Assembly (NCBI GenBank): GCA_031554295.1 | Contig: JAVBVM010000038.1 | Coordinates: 1-46,568 of the forward strand | Length of the DNA: 46,568 bases | Direction: 5' to 3' | Origin: Desulfovibrionaceae bacterium | Lineage (GTDB): Bacteria; Desulfobacterota; Desulfovibrionia; Desulfovibrionales; Desulfovibrionaceae | Shown here: positions 17,755 to 27,589 of the stretch, in pieces | Position numbering within the stretch: position 1 is the first letter of the stretch | Layout of the letters: each line of letters starts with the position of its first letter | The notes under the pieces: generated by a model | What the model was told of the DNA's origin: nothing | Seen by the model: the letters and a program-made list of their open reading frames with translations, nothing else | Database searches by the model: none | Position numbers and translations under genes: made by a program

Positions 17755-18551
17755 CTTAAGGACACATCCAGCGACATCATGACGATGAATCCAACAATGG
17801 CGCCCATGGTGGCCCAGTCAGAGTTGCCGCCGGACTGCGATTCGGGGATGACCTCCTCGACCACCACGAAAATCATGGCTCCGGCCGCGAAAGCCAGGGC
17901 ATACGGGAGAAGCGGCCGGGCGACGCCCACGGCCAGGGCGCCGATCACGGCGGCCACCGGCTCGACGAAGCCGGAAATCTGCCCGTAGAAGAAGGCTTTG
18001 CGCGCGCTCAATCCTTCCCGGCGCAAGGGGATGGAAACCGCCGCGCCCTCGGGGAAGTTCTGAATGCCTATCCCCAGGGCCAGCACTATCGCACCGGCCA
18101 GGCTGGCCCCGGAAAAGCCGCCCTGGGCCGCGCCGAAGGCCACGCCGAAGGAAAGCCCTTCCGGAATATTGTGGAGTGTGATGGCCAGCACCAGAAGGGT
18201 CGTCCGCCGCCAGCCGGTGGTCATGCCCTCGGGCGTGCGGCTGCCGATGTGCACGTGCGGCAGCACGAAATCGATCAGCCTGAGGAACACCGCCCCGAGC
18301 AGAAAACCGATGGCCGGCGGCACAAAGGCCCAGCGGCCCCAGTTGCCGCACAGGCCAATGGCGGGCACCAGCAGCGACCAAAAGCTGGCCGCGATCATTA
18401 CGCCGGCGGCGAAGCCCAACATGGTGTCAAGAGCCCGACGGGAGAAGTCCGCCGCCAGGAAGACCAGGGCCGCGCCGGCGGCGGTCATGCCCCAGGTGAA
18501 CAACCCCGCGATCAGGGCCAGAAGCACGGGATGCAATGATGAAATATCCAT
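17751..18551 (-). CDS. ZIP-family divalent metal (zinc) transporter
   Basis: 266 aa, about 8 TM, with the ZIP signature [11 protein letters not shown]. Its stop overlaps the panC stop within the palindrome CTAG. Confidence 0.85.
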   Translation of the reverse strand: MDISSLHPVLLALIAGLFTWGMTAAGAALVFLAADFSRRALDTMLGFAAGVMIAASFWSLLVPAIGLCGNWGRWAFVPPAIGFLLGAVFLRLIDFVLPHVHIGSRTPEGMTTGWRRTTLLVLAITLHNIPEGLSFGVAFGAAQGGFSGASLAGAIVLALGIGIQNFPEGAAVSIPLRREGLSARKAFFYGQISGFVEPVAAVIGALAVGVARPLLPYALAFAAGAMIFVVVEEVIPESQSGGNSDWATMGAIVGFIVMMSLDVSLS

Positions 18552-18665
18552 ATTTTTCTCTGAAAATTATCTATATTTACCGTTGGATACTCCTTTGCGG
18601 GACTGAAGGCAAGGCGGGATCGCGCCGGCCGGCATGTGCCGCCCGACGCTTTTTTTCTTGGCATC

Positions 18666-18681
18666 TGGCACGGGAGTTGCT
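18666..18681 (+). promoter_or_regulatory. Candidate sigma-54 (-24/-12) promoter
   Basis: TGGCACGGGAGTTGCT fits TGGCACG-N4-TTGCW exactly. However, it ends only about 13 nt before ATG 18694. Confidence 0.4.
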
Positions 18682-18693
18682 AATAACCGTTTT

Positions 18694-19263
18694 ATGAAAC
18701 GAGCACTCCACATACCCGCCCCGCGTCTACACGGGAAGGCCGACCAGCTCGATCGGATCGGCCGAATTGGACAAGTCCCGCTGCTGTGCCTCGCGCTGCT
18801 TGCCCTGGGCCTGCTGTCCGGCTGCGGCAAAACCACTATCGCCGTTCCCAGTATGCCTTCAAACGTTTCCTATGCCCAGAGCTGCACAGCCGCACCCGTC
18901 GAAGCGAAAAGCTCCGTGGTCAATACCGCGCGCAGCCAGCTCGGCACGCCGTACAGGAAGGGCGGGCAGACCCCCGACGGCTTCGACTGCTCCGGCCTGG
19001 TGGCCTGGGCCTATAAGCAGCACGGCATTCAGGTTCCGCGCACCACCACCGGGCAGACCCGCATGGGGTACAAGGTGGAGCGCGCCTCTCTGCAAGCCGG
19101 CGACGTGCTGGTGTTCCGCACCCGGTCCGGCCTGCACACCGGCATCTACACCGGGCGGGGCACTTTCATCCACAGCCCCAAAGCCGGGGATAAGGTGCGC
19201 GAGGATGAGCTGAACAACATTTACTGGACCAAAGCCTACCGCGAAGCCCGACGGCTGCTGTAA
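18694..19263 (+). CDS. NlpC/P60 (C40) peptidoglycan endopeptidase lipoprotein
   Basis: Lipobox LLSGC. Catalytic DCSGLVAWAY and HTGIYTG...FIHSP motifs. Start either ATG 18694 or ATG 18634. Confidence 0.85.
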   Translation: MKRALHIPAPRLHGKADQLDRIGRIGQVPLLCLALLALGLLSGCGKTTIAVPSMPSNVSYAQSCTAAPVEAKSSVVNTARSQLGTPYRKGGQTPDGFDCSGLVAWAYKQHGIQVPRTTTGQTRMGYKVERASLQAGDVLVFRTRSGLHTGIYTGRGTFIHSPKAGDKVREDELNNIYWTKAYREARRLL

Positions 19264-19285
19264 TATCGGCGGCACAAAATAGAAG

Positions 19286-19319
19286 CGGACGCGGGGCGTT
19301 GCCTCCGCGTCCGTTTTTT
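19286..19319 (+). terminator. Intrinsic terminator after the NlpC/P60 gene
   Basis: cggacgcgg (19286-19294), 10-nt loop, ccgcgtccg (19305-19313), then TTTTTT. Confidence 0.7.
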
Positions 19320-19340
19320 CCGGTCCGCGCGCGGCAACGC

Positions 19341-20180
19341 TCACCAGGCGCTTATCGGCGCGTATTTCTTTTTAATCGGGGTCAACGGCTTCAATTGCGG
19401 CATTTTCGCCGGATCCATCCAGCCGGACACGCTGGCGGCCCTGCCGGCCGAACCGCCAAGAACAGCCTGCTGGCGCGGCGCGTACCGCTGCCAGTCAGCG
19501 GCATTCACGGCGGCCCCACCGGCCGCTTCAGTCCCGCCGGCCGCTGCCGCCGCGCCCGTGCCGCCGCCCCCGGCCCGGACATCCGCGCCGTTCAGAGGCA
19601 GCGTGTATTCATAGGCGGCCAGGATGGCGCTGTCGGCAAGCCGCAGCACACGCGTTGAAATATACCAACGGTCGGCCCCCCGACTATAGGTGCCGGTCAA
19701 GGCGGCCTCGGCCGCGTAGGAATGTTTCAGCTGGCCGGTATCGCGCGAGAGCAGGAATTCGCCGCCGCCGGTTTCAAACTTCATGTCCCCGCGCAGCCGG
19801 GCGTCCAGCACCGTATAGCCGTTCTCGCTCAGGCGCGAGGCAATTTGCTGTGAAATCAGCCGTCCCATGGGCGAACTCTGGTTCAGGTCTTCCAGATCCG
19901 ACAGGCTGGCCGCCAGGATGGGCGTCCCCGGCCCCAGGCGGCCGTAAAGCATGCCGCTCAAGGCGTCGGCCGCCGCCATACTGCTTTTCAGCAGCGGCGA
20001 AGAGGCCGCCGGGTCGGGTTTGGTGAGGCCGATTTCAGCCTTGGCCGCGGCCATATCTTCGGCCGCCCAAGTGGGGACCGCCAACAGGAGCCAGGCGGCC
20101 AGCGCGAAAACCAGCGCGGCAAGGCGCGGGAACGGGGCCGGGTCCAAGGCCGATATATGGAGGACAGACGCGCGTTTCAT
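19341..20180 (-). CDS. FlgO-like outer-membrane/periplasmic protein (flagellum-associated family) with a Gly/Ala-rich C-terminal extension
   Basis: Signal peptide. The block PILAASLSDLEDLNQSSPMGRLISQQIASRLSENGYTVLDARL resembles the FlgO family as I remember it. ATG 20180 behind GGGAG chosen over ATG 20213. A sigma-28 promoter lies upstream. Confidence 0.6.
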   Translation of the reverse strand: MKRASVLHISALDPAPFPRLAALVFALAAWLLLAVPTWAAEDMAAAKAEIGLTKPDPAASSPLLKSSMAAADALSGMLYGRLGPGTPILAASLSDLEDLNQSSPMGRLISQQIASRLSENGYTVLDARLRGDMKFETGGGEFLLSRDTGQLKHSYAAEAALTGTYSRGADRWYISTRVLRLADSAILAAYEYTLPLNGADVRAGGGGTGAAAAAGGTEAAGGAAVNAADWQRYAPRQQAVLGGSAGRAASVSGWMDPAKMPQLKPLTPIKKKYAPISAW

Positions 20181-20252
20181 TTTTTTCTCCCTGTTCTTCT
20201 CCATCGGCCGCACAGACGGACGGCGCGATGGATCTTTAGTTCATCGTTACCT

Positions 20253-20279
20253 GTATCGGCGGAAACCGTTGATACTTTA
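20253..20279 (-). promoter_or_regulatory. Sigma-28 (FliA) promoter upstream of the FlgO-like gene
   Basis: The minus strand reads CTAAAG...TAAA-N15-GCCGATAC, against the consensus TAAA-N15-GCCGATAA. It lies about 70 nt upstream of the start codon. Confidence 0.55.
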
Positions 20280-20378
20280 GAGTCGGATTTTTGGAAAAAA
20301 GCTTCGTGCCCGCAAGCCGCCGCGCCGACGACGCCACTCCCGCGCAACCCGGAGTAAGGGCGTATTTCTTCGCGAGAC

Positions 20379-20442
20379 AAAAAAACGGCCCTTTTGCGGG
20401 GGGAGCGCACTCTGACGGTGCGCTCCCCCCGCAAAAGGGCCG
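20379..20442 (-). terminator. Strong intrinsic terminator of the hybrid kinase gene (25-bp perfect inverted repeat)
   Basis: cggcccttttgcggggggagcgcac (20386-20410), 7-nt loop, gtgcgctccccccgcaaaagggccg (20418-20442). The minus strand continues with TTTTTTT (20379-20385). Confidence 0.8.
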
Positions 20443-20473
20443 CTCTGACGCGGTATCGCGAAAAAAGACGCCC

Positions 20474-23400
20474 CTACTCCAGGCTGCGAAAGAGGATGTC
20501 GAGCAGCTTCTCGTGCTCCAGCGGTTTGGCCAGATGCGCGTTCATGCCGCAGGACAAAGCCTTTTCCACGTCTTCCTTGAAGGCGTTGGCGGTCATGGCG
20601 ATGATCGGCACGGTTTTGGCGTCCGGGCGATCCAGGGCGCGAATGGACAGGGCGGCCTGGTAGCCGTCCATAACCGGCATCTGCACGTCCATGAAGATGA
20701 TGTCATAATAGCCGACAGGCGAAGCCGCGAACTTGTCCAGGGCGACCTGCCCGTCCTCGGCCTCCTCAATAGCCAGTTGCGTGGCGCTCAACTGCTCGAT
20801 GACGATGATGCGGTTGATATCAACATCATCCACCAGCAGGGCGCGCTTGCCGGCAAAGGTGGTGGCCCGGTCGGCGCTGTCGACCTCGCTTTCGCCGTTT
20901 TCCGCTTCGTCCAGCCAGATGGTGAAGTAGAAGGTGCTGCCCTTGCCCTCATCGCTTTCCAGGCTGATGTCTCCGCCCAGCAGACGCACGATGCTGCGGC
21001 TGATGGACAGCCCCAGCCCGGTGCCGCCGTAGCGGCGGCTGATCTGGGCGCTGCCCTGCTCAAAGGGCATGAACAGCCCTTCCTGCGCCTGCCGGGAGAT
21101 GCCAATGCCCGTGTCCGTGACCGAGAAATAGAGCAGCGCCCTATTATCCCGCTCGTCCAGCTGATCGATGTTCAGGATCACCCGGCCGCATTCGGGCGTA
21201 AACTTGACGGCGTTGCCGAGCAGATTGATCAACACCTGGCGCAGCCGCAAGGCGTCGCTGAAGAACTGGCCGCGCGTGGTCTGGCCGAGGTTGATGTCAA
21301 ACTGGATATTCTTTTCCTGGCAGCGCGGCCGGATAATATCGCCCACTGTGCCCACCAGCTTGCTTAAGTCGAACGCTTCCTTGGACAGTTCGATCTTGCC
21401 CGCCTCGATCTTCGAGAGATCCAGGATGTCGTTCAAGAGGCCCAACAGGTGCTGCGAGGAGATTTCAATCTGCCGGATGTGGGGCAGAACCTCCTCCGGC
21501 TTGATCTTTCCTTCGCCGAGCTTGCGCTTGGTGATATTGGTCATGCCTATGATGGCGTTCATGGGCGTGCGGATTTCGTGGCTCATGCGCGCCAGGAACG
21601 CGCTTTTCGACTCATTGGCCTTGTTCGCCGCCTGGGCGGCCTTTTCCAGCTCAAGCTGGGTTTCGCGCAGTTCCTTCTCAACCGCCACGCGGCGCGAAAC
21701 GTCGCGCGCCACCCCGAGAATGCCCACCAGTTCGCCGTTCGCGTCAAAAACCGGGGTGCGCACGGCGTCCTGTATTTCCGTGTGCCCGTCGGCAAAGGCG
21801 ACGGTCTGTTCGGCATACACGGGCCGGCGCTCGGCAATGGCGATCTGGTCGCTTTCCATGACAGCCCGCACGAGATCATTGGGAAAAACGCCGGTGAAGA
21901 GTTCCTCGAAGCGCTGGTTCACCAGTTCCTCCGGACGGCGGCCCAGAATGTCGGCGAAACGGGGGTTGACCGCGAGGTATTTGCCCTGCGCGTCCTTATA
22001 CCAGATCAGGTCGGGCGAGGTGGTGAAGATTTTGCTCAGCAGGGCGCGTTGTTCCTCGGTCTTTTTCTGCTCGTTCACCAGGTCCGTGACGTCACTGGTG
22101 GTGATGATATAGCCGATGGCCTCGCCGGCCTTGTTGCGGAAATAGCTGGCGCTGCCCGAGTAGTAACGCCCGGAGGCGGCGTGGTAGACCACTTCCGGCT
22201 CGCGCCCTTCCAGAAAGCCGTCAATGGGGGAACGGGCCAGCCGGGCCGGGTAGATGCTGTTTTCCTCATAGGAGCGGCCCAGCACATCGGCCAGGGTTTT
22301 CCCGATATTGGCCAACCCCTGCTCGTTCATGTAGATGATCTTGCGGTCCAGGCCGGTGATCACCAGGGGCGACTTCACGCTGTCCACCAGGCTGTCGGCC
22401 ATTTCGTCGAACGAATCGGCCAGGGCCCCCAGTTCGTCCTTGATCGGCGCATTGAAGCGGAACTGGCGCTCGCCCGCGCGGAAGCGGGAAATGCCGGCGA
22501 TCAGCGTGGTGATGCTGCGCGTGAATATCGAAGCCATCCAGATGGCGATCAGGATCACCAGGATGGCCATGACAATGGTGGATGCGCCCAGGCGGCTGGC
22601 CGTGTCGAGCAGGTTTTTGCTGATGGACGCCTGCGTTTCCGCGGTCATGGCGCGCAATTCCTGGTCCGTGGCCTCAATCAGGGCGTCGATAGTGTCTTTG
22701 GTCTCAGTGGCCGGCCGGTGGAATTCCTCCACCTGCGCGCCAATGGCGACAAAGCCGAAGCCGCGCGGGGAGTCGCCGTACTGCCCCGTATAATAGGGAA
22801 TGGCCGCGGCCGTGTTCAGCTTCCACAAATCACTCCACAGAATAAGAAACGAACCCGAACCGCCGTGCTGCGTCAGGTCGAACCAGCCCGTGCACTGCGG
22901 CGCGAAGTTCAGATAGCGGCAGTCCAACCCCACCAGGCCCTGCGCCTTCAGTTCGGGCGAACCTTTTTTGTAGTTGGACTGTTCGACGAAGGTGGGCGCG
23001 TCCTTGATGAATTCCGTATAGCCCTTGCCGCTGGCCCGCCATTCGTTGTAAATGCGGTCTTCCAGCCAGGGCACCTGGGGGTCGCCGGTTTCCGGGCTAT
23101 AGCCGGTGATGGAAAAATGCCGGGGGTGGACGATGCTGCGGCCCTTGTGGTCCCAGATGAAGGCGTAATTGCCCTCATAGGCGTCGGGAATGTCCGTGTA
23201 GCGCTCCTGCGTGGGCATGAGGTGCGACGTGAACTCCATCAAGTGATCGTGGTCCAGAGCCAGGGTCACGTAGCCGACGATCCGGCCGTTTTCCACCACT
23301 GGGGTGGCCCAGCGCACCAGCCCCTTGAAGCGCTTGCCCACCGGGTTTTCCTTGCCCGCATAGGCCGAAGCTTCCGGATTATACGCTTCGCCCGCCTTGG

Positions 23401-24217
23401 CCGCGCTTTCCGGGGTGTAAATGCCGATGACCTTAGAGGGAGTATAGGCTCCGATCACGTCGGAAACGTAAATTTCGCCGGGCTTCAACTTTTTCAGTTC
23501 GCTGAAGTAGGTTTCCGCGCGCACGAAGGTGTTGCGCCGGTCGGAAACGTCTTTCAGGGCCGGGTCCATCAAGGGCGAGGTGGTCACCTTCAGTCGCTCG
23601 CGTCCGTCCAGCCCGACAAAGGTTATCTCCAGGTACAGGGGGCGGCTTTCATACTCGTAGCCCTCGGCCGGCCGGTAATGAAAGCTGTGATCGTTTTCCT
23701 CGATGGACGAAGTTACCGGCGGGCTGGCCGGCGGCTGCGCGACCGGCCGCCACGATTTTCCGTCCGGGGCCAGTTCCCATTTGCCCGGCTTGACCAGAAA
23801 ACCGCGCAGAATCTCGACAAAGCGCTGGTATTCATGTTCCGTCCTGGGCAGTATGGCGGCAAGGCGCACATCGGCGTCGCGATCATAGAGGAAACTCGCC
23901 ACATAACGCGCCGTGTCCGTGCTCATGCGCTCAATGTCTTCGCGGGCGCGGTTGTCCAGGGCCTTCACCGCGTCGGCCACGGCCAGGTTGCCGGTCTCGG
24001 ACAGGGCGGTTTTCGCCTTGTTCGCTATTTCCCCGGTGCGTATGAGCAGCTCGCCGCCCAGGCGCGATGCCTGGCTCCAGGCCAGCAGCGCGATCAACAC
24101 CAGCGGCACCACCTTGATGAAGATGAATAAGGTGATGAGCTTCGCGCGCATCCCCAGACCCAGGCGGATAAACACCCGTTCCAAAAGCACCCGGGGATAA
24201 CTGACCGATGACTTCAT
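20474..24217 (-). CDS. Hybrid sensor histidine kinase: TM, large periplasmic Cache-like domain, TM, HAMP, two PAS, HisKA, HATPase_c, receiver
   Basis: 1247 aa. H-box [16 protein letters not shown]-boxes DTGIGI and [12 protein letters not shown]-terminal receiver [11 protein letters not shown]...[12 protein letters not shown]...TANAF. Confidence 0.9.
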   Translation of the reverse strand: MKSSVSYPRVLLERVFIRLGLGMRAKLITLFIFIKVVPLVLIALLAWSQASRLGGELLIRTGEIANKAKTALSETGNLAVADAVKALDNRAREDIERMSTDTARYVASFLYDRDADVRLAAILPRTEHEYQRFVEILRGFLVKPGKWELAPDGKSWRPVAQPPASPPVTSSIEENDHSFHYRPAEGYEYESRPLYLEITFVGLDGRERLKVTTSPLMDPALKDVSDRRNTFVRAETYFSELKKLKPGEIYVSDVIGAYTPSKVIGIYTPESAAKAGEAYNPEASAYAGKENPVGKRFKGLVRWATPVVENGRIVGYVTLALDHDHLMEFTSHLMPTQERYTDIPDAYEGNYAFIWDHKGRSIVHPRHFSITGYSPETGDPQVPWLEDRIYNEWRASGKGYTEFIKDAPTFVEQSNYKKGSPELKAQGLVGLDCRYLNFAPQCTGWFDLTQHGGSGSFLILWSDLWKLNTAAAIPYYTGQYGDSPRGFGFVAIGAQVEEFHRPATETKDTIDALIEATDQELRAMTAETQASISKNLLDTASRLGASTIVMAILVILIAIWMASIFTRSITTLIAGISRFRAGERQFRFNAPIKDELGALADSFDEMADSLVDSVKSPLVITGLDRKIIYMNEQGLANIGKTLADVLGRSYEENSIYPARLARSPIDGFLEGREPEVVYHAASGRYYSGSASYFRNKAGEAIGYIITTSDVTDLVNEQKKTEEQRALLSKIFTTSPDLIWYKDAQGKYLAVNPRFADILGRRPEELVNQRFEELFTGVFPNDLVRAVMESDQIAIAERRPVYAEQTVAFADGHTEIQDAVRTPVFDANGELVGILGVARDVSRRVAVEKELRETQLELEKAAQAANKANESKSAFLARMSHEIRTPMNAIIGMTNITKRKLGEGKIKPEEVLPHIRQIEISSQHLLGLLNDILDLSKIEAGKIELSKEAFDLSKLVGTVGDIIRPRCQEKNIQFDINLGQTTRGQFFSDALRLRQVLINLLGNAVKFTPECGRVILNIDQLDERDNRALLYFSVTDTGIGISRQAQEGLFMPFEQGSAQISRRYGGTGLGLSISRSIVRLLGGDISLESDEGKGSTFYFTIWLDEAENGESEVDSADRATTFAGKRALLVDDVDINRIIVIEQLSATQLAIEEAEDGQVALDKFAASPVGYYDIIFMDVQMPVMDGYQAALSIRALDRPDAKTVPIIAMTANAFKEDVEKALSCGMNAHLAKPLEHEKLLDILFRSLE

Positions 24218-24378
24218 AAAGCCCGCCCTCCCACTGCGGCGGCACTATCCTATTTTTTTCAATGAGTTCCGTATCATTTCACGGAGAACGCCCTCTATAG
24301 CATAATTTTTCCGAAAAAAACAAGCCCGCGGCGCGTTCCGCCGGATGGCGCGGGCGCGCGAGCCTTCCCATGCCGCGC

Positions 24379-24999
24379 TTAGCGCGCCGTGCCGGAGATT
24401 ATTGTATATTGCAATAAAATTTCCAGCAACTCGGCCAGGGGCAAGCCGACAACCGCCGATACCGAGCCGCGCGCCTCCCGCACAAGAAACGCGCCTTGCC
24501 CCTGGATGGCATAGGCCCCGGCCTTGTCGGCCGGTTCCTCGCTCCGGGCGTAAGCGGCCAGGGCTTCCAACGGGATGTCCCAGAAGCTGACCTGGCTTTG
24601 CGCGCGGCAGAGCACTTCCCCGCCCCGGCCGGCCGGGGCGACGGCCGGGGGGATAATCACGGCGCAGGCGCTGATCACCGAGTGCGTGCGGTTGTTTAGT
24701 TCCCCAAGCATCTCCAGCGCATGATCGGGGTCGCGGGGCTTGCCGAAAATCCGGCCGTCAAGGCTGACCACCGTGTCCGCCCCGAGCACCACCGCCGCCG
24801 ATTCGTTCCGCGCGGCAAAACGGGCCTTGGCCAAGGCAGCGCGGCAGGCGAACTCGGCCGGATCCTCCGCCGGCTCGGGCAGGCATTCCTGCCCGCTCTC
24901 GGCCAGACGGAATTCCAGGCCAAGATCTTCAAGAAAGCGCCGGCGCCGGGGCGAGGACGAGGCGAGCACCAGGGGGTGGAGGGAGGTGAATATGGACAT
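24379..24999 (-). CDS. maf: Maf-family nucleoside triphosphate pyrophosphatase (septum formation protein)
   Basis: LVLASSSPRRRRFLEDLG start region, GADTVV and GAYAIQG motifs. ATG 24999 (MSIFTSL...) chosen over the track start 25086. Confidence 0.88.
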   Translation of the reverse strand: MSIFTSLHPLVLASSSPRRRRFLEDLGLEFRLAESGQECLPEPAEDPAEFACRAALAKARFAARNESAAVVLGADTVVSLDGRIFGKPRDPDHALEMLGELNNRTHSVISACAVIIPPAVAPAGRGGEVLCRAQSQVSFWDIPLEALAAYARSEEPADKAGAYAIQGQGAFLVREARGSVSAVVGLPLAELLEILLQYTIISGTAR

Positions 25000-25292
25000 G
25001 CGGATATCTAAAAGGAAAACAGGGGAAGCCGCAATAGACAGAGAGAAAAATTTATTTGCTTTCCTGGATAAAAATCTTTTCCGCAATTTTCCCTATTCTT
25101 TTTTATAAGTCTTCCGATAAGAAGAGCAGCGCTCAGCCAGAGGAGGATAAAAAAGCGCGGGTTCCTTCTTGGAATAATTTACGCCTGAGTTGCCGCTTAA
25201 CGGCGGGCAAAGCCCCTACGGAAAACTCGCGGGCGGCGCTTCGCGCCGCCGGGACATTTTATCTGAATCGAAAATTTCAAGATAAAATGCCC

Positions 25293-25319
25293 TAAAGAAA
25301 AAAAGGGTTGAACCGATAA
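25293..25319 (+). promoter_or_regulatory. Sigma-28 (FliA) promoter of the DVU0524-like/flgM operon
   Basis: CTAAAG...TAAA (25293-25296), N15, ACCGATAA (25312-25319), against the consensus TAAA-N15-GCCGATAA. It ends about 22 nt before GTG 25341. Confidence 0.6.
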
Positions 25320-25340
25320 GGGCGATGAGAGGGAACTGGT

Positions 25341-25748
25341 GTGGATACTCCTACATTATATACGCGCACGATGCTGTCCAGTTACGGCCGGCAGCTGGTG
25401 ACCGCCCGCCGCCTGGCGCGGTACCGACAAGCCCTGCGCGGGGCGGAGGGACCGGTGATCCCGCCGGAGGTCAAACGGCGGCTGCTGGTGGAGCGTATTG
25501 CCAGGGAAGTGATGGAAAACCTGCTCATTGCGGGCAGCGACAATCCGGTGGTGGATGAGATAAAAGAACGGCTTCAGCAGGAATTTGGCGAACGGCTCAC
25601 CTTCACCTATCCTCCGTCGCAGTTGGAAATACAGGTCTTCCGGGAAGGCCCCGACGGACAAGAGGAAATAGCGCCAGCGGAGAAGATGGCCATTTTGGAC
25701 AAGCTTTGGGAAATCACCCTGGAAACAGTGGACGAGACCATGCTGTAA
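25341..25748 (+). CDS. Small conserved hypothetical protein preceding flgM. I recall a curated family named 'DVU0524 family FlgM-associated protein'.
   Basis: 135-aa ORF with a GTG start behind GAGAGGG, acidic helical C-terminus, and a position directly upstream of flgM. The family assignment is from memory and unverified. Confidence 0.6.
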   Translation: MDTPTLYTRTMLSSYGRQLVTARRLARYRQALRGAEGPVIPPEVKRRLLVERIAREVMENLLIAGSDNPVVDEIKERLQQEFGERLTFTYPPSQLEIQVFREGPDGQEEIAPAEKMAILDKLWEITLETVDETML

Positions 25749-25855
25749 GCCGTAAGATAAGACCGGGACAGAAGATTCCGAAAAAGAATTTCAGCGGACG
25801 AAAATTGCCGAAAGGGGCCGCCGCAACGCCTATCGGCCCCTTCGGGAGGTGAAAG

Positions 25856-26179
25856 ATGAACGTGGAACTGACCAAATACGTGCAGCAGAGCGATTCGTAC
25901 CAGAAAGCTCTGGAAAAAACGGAAAACGCGCCCAACGCCGCCGCGAACAGGGCGCTCAAAGGCAAGGAAGCCGCTGCCGCGCCTCAGGGCGACCGGGTGA
26001 GCCTTTCCAATGACGCGCGCCTGCGCACCCAGGCGTTTTCCACCGCCATGTCCGCCCCGGACGTCCGCCAGGAGCGCATTGACGCGCTCAAGGCGCAGGT
26101 CGACAGCGGCGCTTACGTGGTGGATTCCCGCAAGGTCGCGGAAAAACTGCTGCTGGAAGAGGCCGAGTTGTTCGGCTAG
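25856..26179 (+). CDS. flgM: Anti-sigma-28 factor FlgM
   Basis: 107 aa. RBS GGGAGG. C-terminal RIDALKAQVDSGAYVVDSRKVAEKLL is the typical FlgM sigma-28-binding region. Confidence 0.85.
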   Translation: MNVELTKYVQQSDSYQKALEKTENAPNAAANRALKGKEAAAAPQGDRVSLSNDARLRTQAFSTAMSAPDVRQERIDALKAQVDSGAYVVDSRKVAEKLLLEEAELFG

Positions 26180-26282
26180 AAAGCGGCCCCTAACGCGCGC
26201 GCCCGCCACAACGCACCGCGCGGCCTTGCCCGCCGCCGTGCCGCGCGGCTTCAACACGGTATCCGGCTGTCGTTTTGCCAAT

Positions 26283-26314
26283 AAAAAAAGCCGTCGCCTT
26301 CGCGACGGCTTTTT
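26283..26314. terminator. Bidirectional intrinsic terminator between flgM and the convergent response-regulator gene
   Basis: aaaaagccgtcgc (26285-26297), cttc loop, gcgacggcttttt (26302-26314). An A-run on one side and a T-run on the other. Confidence 0.8.
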
Positions 26315-26349
26315 CGCGTCAAAGTCCAGCCCCGTTTCCGGGCGCGCTA

Positions 26350-26715
26350 TTATTGGGCTGTTTTTTTCAGCGCGGCGGCCAGAGCGTTTCGCAATTCGGT
26401 CAAATCCACTGACTTGACCACATAGTAGTCGGCCACCACAGCCTTAAAGTCGCTCTTGAAGCTGCTGTAGGCCGTGCTGAGAATGACCGGCAGGGTTTGA
26501 TGCACTGTGCGGATTTGCTGCAGCAGATCCAGCCCGGAAAGGTTGGGGCCGAGCTTGATGTCCAGCACCACCGCGTCCGGCTTGGTTCGCTCGATCAACT
26601 GGAGAATGGGCTCCTGTCCGTCCGAGCTGACAATGACATACCCATCGGCGGAAAGTTCCTGCTCATATAGCATGCGCACATGTCTTTCATCATCGACAAC
26701 GAGTACGGTACTCAT
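26350..26715 (-). CDS. Single-domain CheY-like response regulator
   Basis: 121 aa from ATG 26715 behind AGGAG. Motifs VLVVDDERHVR, DAVVLDIKL and STAYSSFK. No output domain. Confidence 0.85.
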   Translation of the reverse strand: MSTVLVVDDERHVRMLYEQELSADGYVIVSSDGQEPILQLIERTKPDAVVLDIKLGPNLSGLDLLQQIRTVHQTLPVILSTAYSSFKSDFKAVVADYYVVKSVDLTELRNALAAALKKTAQ

Positions 26716-26904
26716 GGCAAACTCCTGCGTGGGCCGAAAACAATTCCTGCCGGTATCGGTTTCTCGATTTGACAATACACGCTGAGTGCTTCATGTGGCA
26801 AGTGAAACGCGGGCATTATATTAATATTCCCCGGCAACGCCATCACGCCGCGCGGAAATACCGCCCGCACAGCCGCACCGGCCGCGCGAACGCCGGGGGA
26901 TCGC

Positions 26905-27159
26905 ATGACCAGTACGTCCTTGCCCGAACAGGGCGCCGCCTTTGAAAAACACGAACCGCCCACCATCAACGTGCTTCTGCTGCCCGCAAGCAAGAGCATG
27001 ATCCTGCCCCGCCCCAAAACGGTGCTCGGCCTGTTGCAGCGTTTGGATATCCCGCCGGGCACGGCCCTGGTGATCCGGGATGGGGGGCTGCTTACGCCGG
27101 ATCGCGAAATTTTGCCCAAGGATGAAATTACGATCCGCATTGTCACTTCCAGCGGGTAG
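26905..27159 (+). CDS. ThiS/MoaD-like beta-grasp (ubiquitin-like) small protein with a non-canonical C-terminus
   Basis: 84 aa. ...ALVIRDGGLLTPDREILPKDEITIRIVTSSG resembles the ThiS/MoaD C-terminal half but ends in S-G, not G-G. Confidence 0.5.
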   Translation: MTSTSLPEQGAAFEKHEPPTINVLLLPASKSMILPRPKTVLGLLQRLDIPPGTALVIRDGGLLTPDREILPKDEITIRIVTSSG

Positions 27160-27589
27160 CCGGGCGGAGCGCTTCCCTTGCGGTAACTATTTTTGTCCCT
27201 TGCCCCCCCCTTGCATACGTCATCCCGGCGGAAGCCGGGATCCATGCTTTTTTGCGCTTTGTTTTCCGGCTTCCTGTCGGGAGGGCGGCCCCGCCTCGTG
27301 GTTGCGCCCTTGCGATGGACACTTTCCGTAATTCTCTTCAGCTTTCCCAGCCTCCAACGGCCAGGGGCCGCTTCGCGGCTTTTCCGAGCCCCGTCCCTCT
27401 GACGCCCCAGCGCCGGGGGCCGCCCCCCAAACGCCGCGCGACAGCGGAGGACGGAACGCTGTGGCGCACGCCTCGTCGCCCCGTGTCGGCGCGAAAAAAG
27501 CCTCCCTGAAGGCTCTTTGTCTTTCCCCCAAAACAATATAGGCTGTTCCTCGCCCCGGCAGGGCAAACGCGAATACAAAAGGAGCTACC

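Noticed and set aside
18552-18600. AT-rich quasi-palindrome AAATTATCTATATTT upstream of the ZIP transporter as a Zur/Fur box
   Set aside because: The dyad symmetry is imperfect and it matches neither the Fur (GATAATGATAATCATTATC) nor the Zur consensus well enough to call.
24314-24360. Possible terminator after maf (GC-rich segment followed, on the minus strand, by TTGTTTTTTT)
   Set aside because: The stem pairing is ambiguous: several alternative short CG pairings and a large loop. I could not define a convincing hairpin by hand.
27222-27245. Hairpin atcccggc-ggaa-gccgggat, translating as SSRRKPGS and reminiscent of the small palindromic 'IPAKAGI'-type junk ORF repeats seen in other bacteria
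   Set aside because: There is a single copy in this window with no further similarity to the other repeats, so repeat-family membership cannot be established from here.
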